64,000 nt of DNA, taken from IMG/VR virus record IMGVR_UViG_3300026116_000037; one strand, written 5' to 3'. Under the pieces are notes generated by a model. It was not told where the DNA came from. It saw nothing but the letters and a program-made list of their open reading frames with translations, and did no database searches. The position numbers were made by a program, and so were the translations under genes. This DNA is from an uncultured virus (IMG/VR IMGVR_UViG_3300026116_000037). Its lineage: Duplodnaviria > Heunggongvirae > Uroviricota > Caudoviricetes. How positions within the stretch are numbered: position 1 is the first letter of the stretch; the number at the start of each line of letters is the position of its first letter. Shown here piece after piece: positions 50,261 through 58,515 of this stretch.

Positions 50261-51092
50261 GATCAATCATGAACACGACGACGCCGAAGACGAAGAGCCC
50301 CCGGGCGATCAAGATGGCCGAGCGCCGCGCGGAAGCGGCGGCCCACGCGGAACGGATGGCGAAGATCTACGCCGAGAACGCGGCGATCGTCACTACCGGG
50401 AAGTGCCCGGAGTGCGGCACCAAGCTCTACAGGAACTCCTCGCTCGCCGGTTGGTGGCAATGCGGCCACTACGGCGCGCCTGGCTTCCAGGCTGAGGCGG
50501 GCCCGCACTGTTCCTTCCAGCTCTTCACGAAGTAGCCCACGGCCGCCCACACCAAAGGAGCCCGGACACATGAAGCTCATTCAAGCCGAGACGGCCTATC
50601 GGAAATTCATCGGCCGCCGAGCGTTGTGGACGTCTACCTTCGGAGCGATCTCCGCGGACGGCAAAACGAAATTCGACGCCGAACGTGGGCTCGAAGCCGC
50701 GCTCCACCGGCTCGTGACAGAGGACGGAACGCCCGTCGTCAAGCACGACGCCCGCGGCGGCACGTGGGTCGCGCAGCGCGAGAACCACGGCTCGTGGTCC
50801 TACTACCACATCGACCAGACCACGGGTGAGCATAGGTGCGTGTGCGTGGTCGGGGAGCGAGACACTTGCCTGGCCTTCATGGAGTCCCACATGCGACAAT
50901 GGTGCGAGCCGTGATCAAGCCCGGCCGCAACGCCATCGACCCGCACGGCCGTAACGTGTATGTGGTCGACGTGACTCCGGACCCGAGCGGAGACAAGGCC
51001 CGGGACCTCGTGAAGGTCCGGCTCGCAGGGTCGTACGGCGCGCACCTACAGTATCCGCGCTCGACCCTTCGGCCGGCCTAAAAATCTTTTTC

Positions 51093-51127
51093 TAAGGCCT
51101 TAAGGTTTCCGGCGGCCGAGCCGATGG
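51093..51127 (+). promoter_or_regulatory. sigma28-like promoter copy (leaderless)
   Basis: TAAGGCCTTAAG-N15-GCCGATGG-GATAGGT-ATG. Confidence 0.8.
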
Positions 51128-51134
51128 GATAGGT

Positions 51135-51287
51135 ATGAATGCGACGACGACTCAGAACGAGGTAGCCCGGATCGAGCGCGCCAAGTTCCTGGCCTTCTTC
51201 GCCATCGACCCGGCCCTGTCGCCGGCCGAGCGGATCGCCAAGACCCGCGAGGCGCTGGCCGAGCTGGACGGCATCGGGGAGTGGTAG
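51135..51287 (+). CDS. 50-aa microprotein (not in ORF track)
   Basis: MNATTTQNEVARIERAKFLAFFAIDPALSPAERIAKTREALAELDGIGEW. Confidence 0.7.
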   Translation: MNATTTQNEVARIERAKFLAFFAIDPALSPAERIAKTREALAELDGIGEW

Positions 51288-51373
51288 GCCGCCTGCGCCG
51301 CGAAGGCGCTAGAGCTTAGGCCTTAACGTGGTAGACTTGGGGGCAACTGCTTTCCCCAAGGAGACCCCGCGCC

Positions 51374-51841
51374 ATGAAGCTTCGATCTTTTCTTCCGGTC
51401 CTTGCCCTCGCCGCCCTGTCGTCGTGCTCGATCTTCAAGCCGGTCGTGGACAACGTCAACGACCCGTCCACCACGGCGGGCGCCATCGTGGCGGACTGCG
51501 CCAAGCCCGAGATCGCCGACGCCGTGGCCAACGTCTTGGCCAACATCAATCAGATCATCGTCGACCCGAGCAAGCTGGAGGTGGTGAAGGAGCAGGAGAT
51601 CGCCTCCCTCAAGGCCTCCGGCCAGGAGGTGCTCGCGTGTGCCCTGCGCGCCGGAATTGCCGACATCACCGCCATGATCCAGAACGCGGCCACGCATCAC
51701 GCCGCGATCGATTCGCGCGTCGTCAACTCACGCTCGACGCTCTCGCACGTCGTGAGCGCGCAGGGCTTCGCGTACGCCGACGGCTGGCGCCCCTCCGCTC
51801 CTAGCGGCGCGGGCGGTGCTGGCGGCGCGTCCGGGCGCTAA
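51374..51841 (+). CDS. lipoprotein
   Basis: Signal peptide with lipobox LSSC; AAGGAG SD. Confidence 0.7.
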   Translation: MKLRSFLPVLALAALSSCSIFKPVVDNVNDPSTTAGAIVADCAKPEIADAVANVLANINQIIVDPSKLEVVKEQEIASLKASGQEVLACALRAGIADITAMIQNAATHHAAIDSRVVNSRSTLSHVVSAQGFAYADGWRPSAPSGAGGAGGASGR

Positions 51842-51850
51842 GGCGCTCCA

Positions 51851-51908
51851 GCGAGGCGAGCCTCCGGGCTCGGGTCAAAGCGCGGTTCGATTCCGCGCCC
51901 TCGCCCCA
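51851..51908 (+). ncRNA. 58-nt tRNA-like element with encoded CCA, no anticodon arm
   Basis: GCGAGG/CCTCGC acceptor stem, GCGCGG-TTCGATT-CCGCGC T-arm, discriminator C, CCA; single CGAGCC-TCCG-GGCTCG hairpin. Confidence 0.55.
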
Positions 51909-51996
51909 AAAGGCAGAAGAGGCCACGCCCGCCGCTATCACCGCCAAAATCGACTTCGGCGGCGGGCGTGGCGCTGGTCTTTTAGAAAGGGAAACG

Positions 51997-52746
51997 ATGT
52001 CCATCGCCGCGTTCGTCAACCGCTCGTCCAAGCTCACCGACTCACAAGCCGCGTTGATCGTCGAGGCGTTGCAGATCCAGCAATTCGATCTGTTCGACAC
52101 GTGGCGCGGCGACCTTTCCGACATCGGCGGCCCGGCCGATATCATGACGCCGCTCCTGTGCGCCGACGAGAACCGCCTCCCGGAAGGTTGCTATCCCGTC
52201 GTGTTCGTCGACAATCCCGACGTCGCGGGCGCGCTCGGATATCACAGCGTTGACAACGGTGGCAAATACTACGCCCGGATCTTCACCGATCTTTTGCTCG
52301 CCCGCGGGCCGTGGAATGAAACCGTTTCGGCGTGCGCCTCGCACGAATACGTCGAAATGTGCCTGAACGCCCCGTGCCTGATCGGCGTGATAGGGCCGAA
52401 GCGCGTCGAGGGCTCGCGCTATCAGCGCGAAGGATCGGATCCGGTCGAGAGCGATTCGTATTGGGTGAATGCCGACCGAGACGGATTTCCGCACGCCGTC
52501 GCGGTCAGCAACTTCGTTTTGCCGGACTACTTTCGAGCGAGCACGCCGAACGGTGCGCGTGTCGACTTCATGGGCACGTGCCCCGGTCCATTCCAGCTCG
52601 CCCCCGGCGGCTACATGCTCGTGGGCCAGGACGGCCTCTCTATCCCCACTCCTATCTACGCCGCCAAGCCGCCGGCCCCCGAGCGCGTCTTTTACAAGAC
52701 CCTCGGCCGTCGCTTCTACGGCGGCCGCGGCAAAGTTAAGCCCTAA
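51997..52746 (+). CDS. putative metallopeptidase-like protein (Phi-1/EXORDIUM-like)
   Basis: GALGYH, SHEYVEM, E.SDPVE, VSNFVLP. Confidence 0.5.
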   Translation: MSIAAFVNRSSKLTDSQAALIVEALQIQQFDLFDTWRGDLSDIGGPADIMTPLLCADENRLPEGCYPVVFVDNPDVAGALGYHSVDNGGKYYARIFTDLLLARGPWNETVSACASHEYVEMCLNAPCLIGVIGPKRVEGSRYQREGSDPVESDSYWVNADRDGFPHAVAVSNFVLPDYFRASTPNGARVDFMGTCPGPFQLAPGGYMLVGQDGLSIPTPIYAAKPPAPERVFYKTLGRRFYGGRGKVKP

Positions 52747-52778
52747 ACTCTCCGTCGGTCGTGTATCTTGGGAAGTGC

Positions 52779-54398
52779 GTGAGCGCTTCCACCGACGATA
52801 AGAGGCCGGATTGTCCCAAGTGCGAACGGCCGATGACCAAGGGCGCGCGCACACCGGACGGCCGCGTCCGGTGGACGTGCAAGGGCGGCCGGGCTGAGGG
52901 CCGAGCATACTGCTACTCGACGACCGCTCCCAAGCCCGGCGCCGTGCGTACGCCGAGCGGCAGAGTCATCCAGAAGGGTAAGGCGAAGCCGCCAATCTTC
53001 CGGCGCCCCATCGCCTCCGGCTCTCGCGTCTTCGTCGTGACGAGCGCGCAGAACGCTACGCCAGTGCACCAGGAGTTTTGGGCGTGCCTGACCACGATCG
53101 CGCAAGCGCGCGGTGCGGAATTGATGGTCGTGCCGGTGCGCTATAAGAACCCTACGAGTCGGTGGACCGAGAGCCAGGCCAACGAAGAAACGTGGGCCGC
53201 CGAGGTCCAGCCCTATCTCTGGAACGTTCGCCGCGCCTTCAACGACAATCTGATGTTGCTCGGGGACATCAAGACCCAGCCGACCGCGAGCGATCCTCTC
53301 ACCGGCTTCGACGCCATCTCCGGCGGCTCGTCAGCGATCCTCGGTCACACGAAGCTCGCGCTTCGAAGCATCGCCACGCCTTCGCACAAGATGGCGAAGA
53401 TCTTGACCACCACCGGCGCGTGCACGGTGCCGAATTACACGGACAGCAAGGCCGGCAAGGTGGGCGAGTTCCACCACACGCTGAGCGCCGTCATTGTCGA
53501 GCGCGAGAAGGGCGGACGCTTCCACCTCCGCCAACTCCATTACGACAAGAAGACCGCGACCGTCACCGACCTAGACAAGCGCTATCACGTCGATCACGTC
53601 GAGAAGGCTCCCGCCCCGCTCGCGATTTCGATGGGCGATACCCACGTGGACTTCATCGATCCGGCCGTCGAGCGCGCCACCTTCGGTCCGGGCGGCATGG
53701 TCGAGACCCTCCAGCCCGACTATCTCTTGTGGAACGATCTTCTCGACGGGTACAGCATCAACCCTCACCACGCCGGCAATCCCTTCAATAAGATCGCGAA
53801 AGGCCTGAACGATCGAAGCTCTGTCGCCGACGAGGTTCGACGCGCGTGCGAGTTCGTCCGCGCGCGCACGAAGGGCAAGACGATATCCGTCGTCGTGCCG
53901 AGCAACCATGACGACTTTCTCCGTCGGTGGATCCTGACTCACGACTGGAAGACCGATCCGGAAAACGCGGAGTTCTATCTCGGCCTGGCCCTCGACATGG
54001 TGAAGGGCACGAAGCTCACCGCACGCGGCACGGAAACGCCGAGCCCGTTCCCGTTGGTCTTCCGCCGCTCGGTCGACATGACGAACATCAAGATCCTCCA
54101 CGGCGATGAGAGCTTCGCCCTCGCCGGGGTCGAGCTGTCCATGCACGGAGACCGCGGCCCGAACGGCGCGCGCGGCAGCATCCGCAACCTTCGGCGCATC
54201 GGGGTCAAGTCCGTGATCGGACACTCTCACTCGCCCGGTATCGACGAGGGTTGCGTGCAGACGGGCACGAGCACGTATCTTCGGCTCGAATACAACGGCG
54301 GCCCTTCTTCGTGGCTCAACGCTCACGTGGTTCTCCATCGAGACGGGAAGCGGCAACTGATCATCATCGTTGACGGCCGATGGCGCGCCGCCGCGTAG
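52779..54398 (+). CDS. T5 A1-like metallophosphoesterase/nuclease
   Basis: VTSAQNATPVH, TTTGACTVPNY..KAG..GEFHH, GDTH, SNHD, HGD.G.NGARG, GHSHSP. Confidence 0.7.
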   Translation: MSASTDDKRPDCPKCERPMTKGARTPDGRVRWTCKGGRAEGRAYCYSTTAPKPGAVRTPSGRVIQKGKAKPPIFRRPIASGSRVFVVTSAQNATPVHQEFWACLTTIAQARGAELMVVPVRYKNPTSRWTESQANEETWAAEVQPYLWNVRRAFNDNLMLLGDIKTQPTASDPLTGFDAISGGSSAILGHTKLALRSIATPSHKMAKILTTTGACTVPNYTDSKAGKVGEFHHTLSAVIVEREKGGRFHLRQLHYDKKTATVTDLDKRYHVDHVEKAPAPLAISMGDTHVDFIDPAVERATFGPGGMVETLQPDYLLWNDLLDGYSINPHHAGNPFNKIAKGLNDRSSVADEVRRACEFVRARTKGKTISVVVPSNHDDFLRRWILTHDWKTDPENAEFYLGLALDMVKGTKLTARGTETPSPFPLVFRRSVDMTNIKILHGDESFALAGVELSMHGDRGPNGARGSIRNLRRIGVKSVIGHSHSPGIDEGCVQTGTSTYLRLEYNGGPSSWLNAHVVLHRDGKRQLIIIVDGRWRAAA

Positions 54399-54440
54399 CC
54401 GCCGCGTAGCGCCTAAGAATTTGTTAAGCTCTTAGGGCGG

Positions 54441-56153
54441 ATGCGATGTTCCGTTCCAAATTGCAAGGCTGAGGCTCTCGGCGGCGCCGCTGGCGCGACC
54501 GAGTGCGGCCCGCATCTTCAGGCGACGCAAGAGCAGTGGCACGCGAATTTACTCGCGGCCGCGCGCGAGGACTTCAACGTTTTTTGTGAACTTTGCGCCG
54601 TTCACGACGAAACACAGGAGCCGGTCAAACAAGCCGAGATCCATTATCGATGGTCCGCGCTGTGCGACAAATATGATCGGCTCATCATTTGGAGCCACAT
54701 CGAATCGGGTAAGACCAACCAGCTTTCGATCTATCGCACGGTGTGGGAGCTTGGAAGAAAACCGGAGCTTCGCTTTGTAATTCTTTCGAACACGGCCGGC
54801 CAGGCCGCGAAGATCGTGAAGTCGATCGCGGCCATGATCAAGAGTCCGCAAGTGCGGGAGGTCTTCCCGCGCATGGCCCCGGATCCCGAAGGTCCGTGGA
54901 CGAGCACAGAGCTTCAGGTCCTTCGTAAGGGCACGGCGAAGGACCCCTCCGTCCGCGCGGTCGGCGTCCACGGCGCCCTCACGTCGGCCCGCTGCGATCG
55001 CCTCATCATCGACGATATCCTAGACCCCGAGAACACCGACACCGAGGCCAAGCGCGAGAACCTCGCGAAGTGGGTGCGCTCGGCGGCGCTCTCCCGCATC
55101 ACGGCCAACGGGCGGGTGATCATCGTCGGGACCGCGTACCACCCGAAGGACCTCCTTCACATGCTCGCGCAAAACAAGCGCTTCAAGTGGTTCCGGTTCC
55201 CGATCATCGACGCGGAGGGGAAGATCACGTGGCCGGAGGCGTGGTCCCCGAAACGCATCGCCGACAAGCGCGAGGAGCTGGGGCCGGCGGAGTTCTCGCG
55301 GAGCCTCATGTGCCAGGCCCGCGACGACGGCGACGCGCCTTTCAAAGAGCAGTGGATCAACGCCGCGATCGCCCGCGGCGAGGGCCGACGCCTCGTCTAC
55401 TCGCTCGCCGAGTTGCCCGACAACGCCCCGGACGATCCGGAGGCGAACCCCTACGGCGACCTCCCGGAAGGCTGCGCCACGTTCACGGGCGTGGACCTCG
55501 CGACCGGAAAACAAACCCGGCGGCGCTCGGGCGACGACACCGTATTTTTTACCTTCCTCCAGTATCCGAACGGGGATCGGTTGATCCTGAACATAGAACT
55601 CGGAAAGTTCGGCGGACAGGCGATCGTAAATAAATTGGTCGACCATCATCAGCGCTACAAATCAACGCTGGTCGTGGAAAACAATCAGGCGCAGGACTTC
55701 ATACTCCAGTTCGTGCGCGAACAATCTAACATCCCAGTCGTTCCGTTCACCACCACGCAGCGCAAACACGATCCAGTTCTCGGTGTGCAAGGTTTAGCGG
55801 TCGAGCTTTCGAACAACAAATGGATCATTCCCTCGGATAACACGAAAACGGATCCCAGCGTCGAGCGCTTCATTTCCGAAATGCTCTTCTACTCGCCGAA
55901 GGCCCACACCGGCGACGTGCTCATGGCGTCGTATTTCGCGCGCGACTACGCGCGCCGGCTCTTGGGTAGCGTCACCACGCCAACGGTCACGGTCCGGATC
56001 GTCGGGGCGCGAGGCGAGGAAGGGGGAGGCTCGGGCGGCTCTAGCGCCCCCTTGGGCGGTGGGATGCTGGCGCGTCTCTTCAGCGCGCCGACCAAGAGCC
56101 TGCCCGCGAAGGCGGCCGCGAACAGCCCCCACCGCGACAGACCTAAGGTGTAA
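54441..56153 (+). CDS. terL: terminase large subunit
   Basis: ESGKT Walker A, LIIDD Walker B, GVDLA nuclease, VENNQAQ, HTGD. Confidence 0.9.
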   Translation: MRCSVPNCKAEALGGAAGATECGPHLQATQEQWHANLLAAAREDFNVFCELCAVHDETQEPVKQAEIHYRWSALCDKYDRLIIWSHIESGKTNQLSIYRTVWELGRKPELRFVILSNTAGQAAKIVKSIAAMIKSPQVREVFPRMAPDPEGPWTSTELQVLRKGTAKDPSVRAVGVHGALTSARCDRLIIDDILDPENTDTEAKRENLAKWVRSAALSRITANGRVIIVGTAYHPKDLLHMLAQNKRFKWFRFPIIDAEGKITWPEAWSPKRIADKREELGPAEFSRSLMCQARDDGDAPFKEQWINAAIARGEGRRLVYSLAELPDNAPDDPEANPYGDLPEGCATFTGVDLATGKQTRRRSGDDTVFFTFLQYPNGDRLILNIELGKFGGQAIVNKLVDHHQRYKSTLVVENNQAQDFILQFVREQSNIPVVPFTTTQRKHDPVLGVQGLAVELSNNKWIIPSDNTKTDPSVERFISEMLFYSPKAHTGDVLMASYFARDYARRLLGSVTTPTVTVRIVGARGEEGGGSGGSSAPLGGGMLARLFSAPTKSLPAKAAANSPHRDRPKV

Positions 56154-56163
56154 ACTCTTACTC

Positions 56164-58116
56164 GTGGCCGCCAAGAAATCCCCCGATCGCGTTAGCCTTT
56201 TGGAGACGGTCGCCCCTGAATCGGGGGCGCTCACGCCCACGGTGAAGGCCTACTTCGTCGGCGAGGAGGGCGGCGACCGGTCCAACGCCATCGTCCAGCA
56301 GGAGAAGGACAACAGCGCGTTCGCCGGCTCCGGCGCCATCTCGCCGCCCTACGATCCGAACGTCCTGGCGCAGGTTTTCGAGGGCTCCTCAACCCTAGGC
56401 CAGTGCGTTGACGCTTACGTCGTCAACATCGATTCGTTTGGGCATCACTTCGAGCCCGTGATCGATCTTGAATCACCCGAGTCGGACGAGCTGATCCGCG
56501 ATGCGCTCCGCGCCGAGCGGCTCCACGACCGCGAGACGGGCGAGGCGGCCAAGGATGACGCGAAACTTTTGCTTCCGGCCGAGCCGAAGGACGCGGAGGT
56601 CACCGCGCGTAAGAAGGAACTCGCGATCGAGATGCGCGCCGAGCGCGTGCGGCTGGAGAATTTCTTCGAAAACTGCACCTCGGGGATCCCGTTTGCCGGC
56701 CCGGAAGGGCTTCGAGGGCTCACGCGAAAGGACATCGAGGTCCTTGGGAATGGCTTTTGGGAGGTCCTTCGCAACTCCATGGGCGAGGTGACGAGGCTGA
56801 ATCACCTTGTCGGCCGCACGATGCGCTACATGCCGGTCGACGAAACGCCGGTTGACGTCACGGTCCCTCGTCGGATTTCGCTCCTGAAGTTCACCGAAGA
56901 GACGGTCACGAAGCGTTTCCGCAATCTCGTCCAGGTGCAGGATTACACCAACCGGATCGTATTCTTCAAGGAGTTCGATGATCCTCGGATCACCGACTCG
57001 GCCACCGGCAAGACCTACCCGACGATCGAAGCGGCGCGCGCCGATTACGCCTCCAACGGAAAAAATGGCGAGGAGTTCCGCCCGGCGACGGAGGTCCTGT
57101 CCTTCAAGATCTCGTCGGTCCGCAGCGTCTACGGCACACCCCGGTGGATGGGCGCCCTACTCGCCGTGATGGGCAACCGTCAGGCCGAGGAGGTCAATTT
57201 CCTCTATTTCGAGAACCGTTCCGTTCCTCCGCTCGCGATCATCGTTTCCGGCGGCCGCCTCAACGCTGAGACCGTGCCTCAGCTGGAGGACTACATCGCT
57301 AACAACATCCGCGGCAAACGGAACTCGCACAAGATCATGATCATCGAGGGCGAGACCGGCGGCGGTCCCGCGCAGGCCAACAACGGGCGCATGAAGATCG
57401 AGCTTCGCCCGCTCACCGACGCCCAGCAGAAGGACGCGCTTTTCAACGAATACGACAAGCGCAACGCGGAGAAGATCGGTCAGACGTTCCGGCTCCCCCG
57501 CATCCTCCGCGGCGACGCTCAGGATCAGAGCCCCGGCACCGCCGAGGCCTCGATTGATTTCACGGAGGTTCAGGTCTTCGGCCCCATCCGAGGGAGCTTC
57601 GATTGGGTGATGAACCGCGTGCTCCTTCCCGAGCTGAAGATCAACCTTCACCGGTTCGTCTCGAACGGTCCGGTCATCAAGGATCCGAACGGCCTCACGA
57701 CGATGATCAAGGATCTCGTCACGTGCAACGTTCTCACGCCCGGCGAAGGACGCGAGTTGGCACAGGACGTGTTTCACCGGGTCTTCCGCAAGATCGATGC
57801 GGATTGGACGAATCAGCCCGTCGGGATCACGGTCTCGGGCCGCAACGCCGCGGGCTCGGAAGGCGCGGACGGCGCGCAGGGCTTCGGCGCTGGGGCCCTT
57901 TCTCAGCCCGGCGCGGCCGCGGCTCAGGCCGCCGCAGGGGTTGATCAGTCGAAGGCGGCGTGGTCCGCGACCGATCCGAGAAGCGTCGCCGACATGCTCG
58001 TCAAGATGCACGAGACCCTCATCCGCAAGGAAGTCGAGGAGGGCGGCAAGGACGTGGAGACGATTCGGATACCAATGGACCTTTTCGCGTCGTGCTTTAC
58101 GCCCGATCCGACCTAA
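56164..58116 (+). CDS. portal protein (PBSX-like)
   Basis: PPYDP..L, D.EVLGNGFWEV.RN, YGTPRW, YFEN..VP, QKDALF..Y; start taken at GTG 56164. Confidence 0.88.
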   Translation: MAAKKSPDRVSLLETVAPESGALTPTVKAYFVGEEGGDRSNAIVQQEKDNSAFAGSGAISPPYDPNVLAQVFEGSSTLGQCVDAYVVNIDSFGHHFEPVIDLESPESDELIRDALRAERLHDRETGEAAKDDAKLLLPAEPKDAEVTARKKELAIEMRAERVRLENFFENCTSGIPFAGPEGLRGLTRKDIEVLGNGFWEVLRNSMGEVTRLNHLVGRTMRYMPVDETPVDVTVPRRISLLKFTEETVTKRFRNLVQVQDYTNRIVFFKEFDDPRITDSATGKTYPTIEAARADYASNGKNGEEFRPATEVLSFKISSVRSVYGTPRWMGALLAVMGNRQAEEVNFLYFENRSVPPLAIIVSGGRLNAETVPQLEDYIANNIRGKRNSHKIMIIEGETGGGPAQANNGRMKIELRPLTDAQQKDALFNEYDKRNAEKIGQTFRLPRILRGDAQDQSPGTAEASIDFTEVQVFGPIRGSFDWVMNRVLLPELKINLHRFVSNGPVIKDPNGLTTMIKDLVTCNVLTPGEGRELAQDVFHRVFRKIDADWTNQPVGITVSGRNAAGSEGADGAQGFGAGALSQPGAAAAQAAAGVDQSKAAWSATDPRSVADMLVKMHETLIRKEVEEGGKDVETIRIPMDLFASCFTPDPT

Positions 58117-58132
58117 GGCGGAGGCCGGTACC

Positions 58133-58438
58133 GTGGCGAAAACCAAGCTGAATGAGTTGACCGATCTGGCGCTGGAGGTCTACGCGCTCAGCGCCGCCGC
58201 TCGCGGGTGCGTCGACTACGAGTCGAGCATTCGGATCGCCGGGGCCCTCAAGGCGATCGGCGAGAAGCTCGTGAAGCTCTCTCCCGAGGTCTTCGACGAG
58301 ATGACGGAGAACGTCCTACGCCGACTCATGGAGCGCAAATTTCCGGAGGTCGCGCCCAACGATATCCGTCAGATTGTGCAGGAATCCAGCGCTCGCGCTG
58401 CGTCTGTCGCGATCGAAGACGAGGACGGAGCTGCGTGA
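58133..58438 (+). CDS. hypothetical protein
   Basis: GGAGG SD before GTG. Confidence 0.6.
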   Translation: MAKTKLNELTDLALEVYALSAAARGCVDYESSIRIAGALKAIGEKLVKLSPEVFDEMTENVLRRLMERKFPEVAPNDIRQIVQESSARAASVAIEDEDGAA

Positions 58439-58515
58439 GCCCGTTCATAATTTACGCCCTAGTCGATCCCCGCGCGGCTTGGGTCAACCGACGTGCGCGC
58501 GAGGCGGCGCTATGA
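58435..58515 (+). pseudogene. collapsed GIY-YIG endonuclease remnant (26 aa)
   Basis: MSPFIIYALVDPR matches the N-terminus FLIYGLIDPR of the intact gene at 15388-16125. Confidence 0.5.

Noticed and set aside
43675..51127. Regularly recurring repeats suggesting a CRISPR array
   Set aside because: Repeats are bipartite promoter-like motifs separated by whole ORFs of variable length; no cas operon (the PD-(D/E)XK gene is a stand-alone phage nuclease)
43675..51287. Integron cassette array
   Set aside because: No attC-type RYYYAAC...GTTRRRY structures seen, cassettes have their own promoters, and the integrase looks phage-type
51851..51908. Canonical tRNA gene
   Set aside because: Only 58 nt, with no D-arm and no 7-nt anticodon loop; reported as tRNA-like instead
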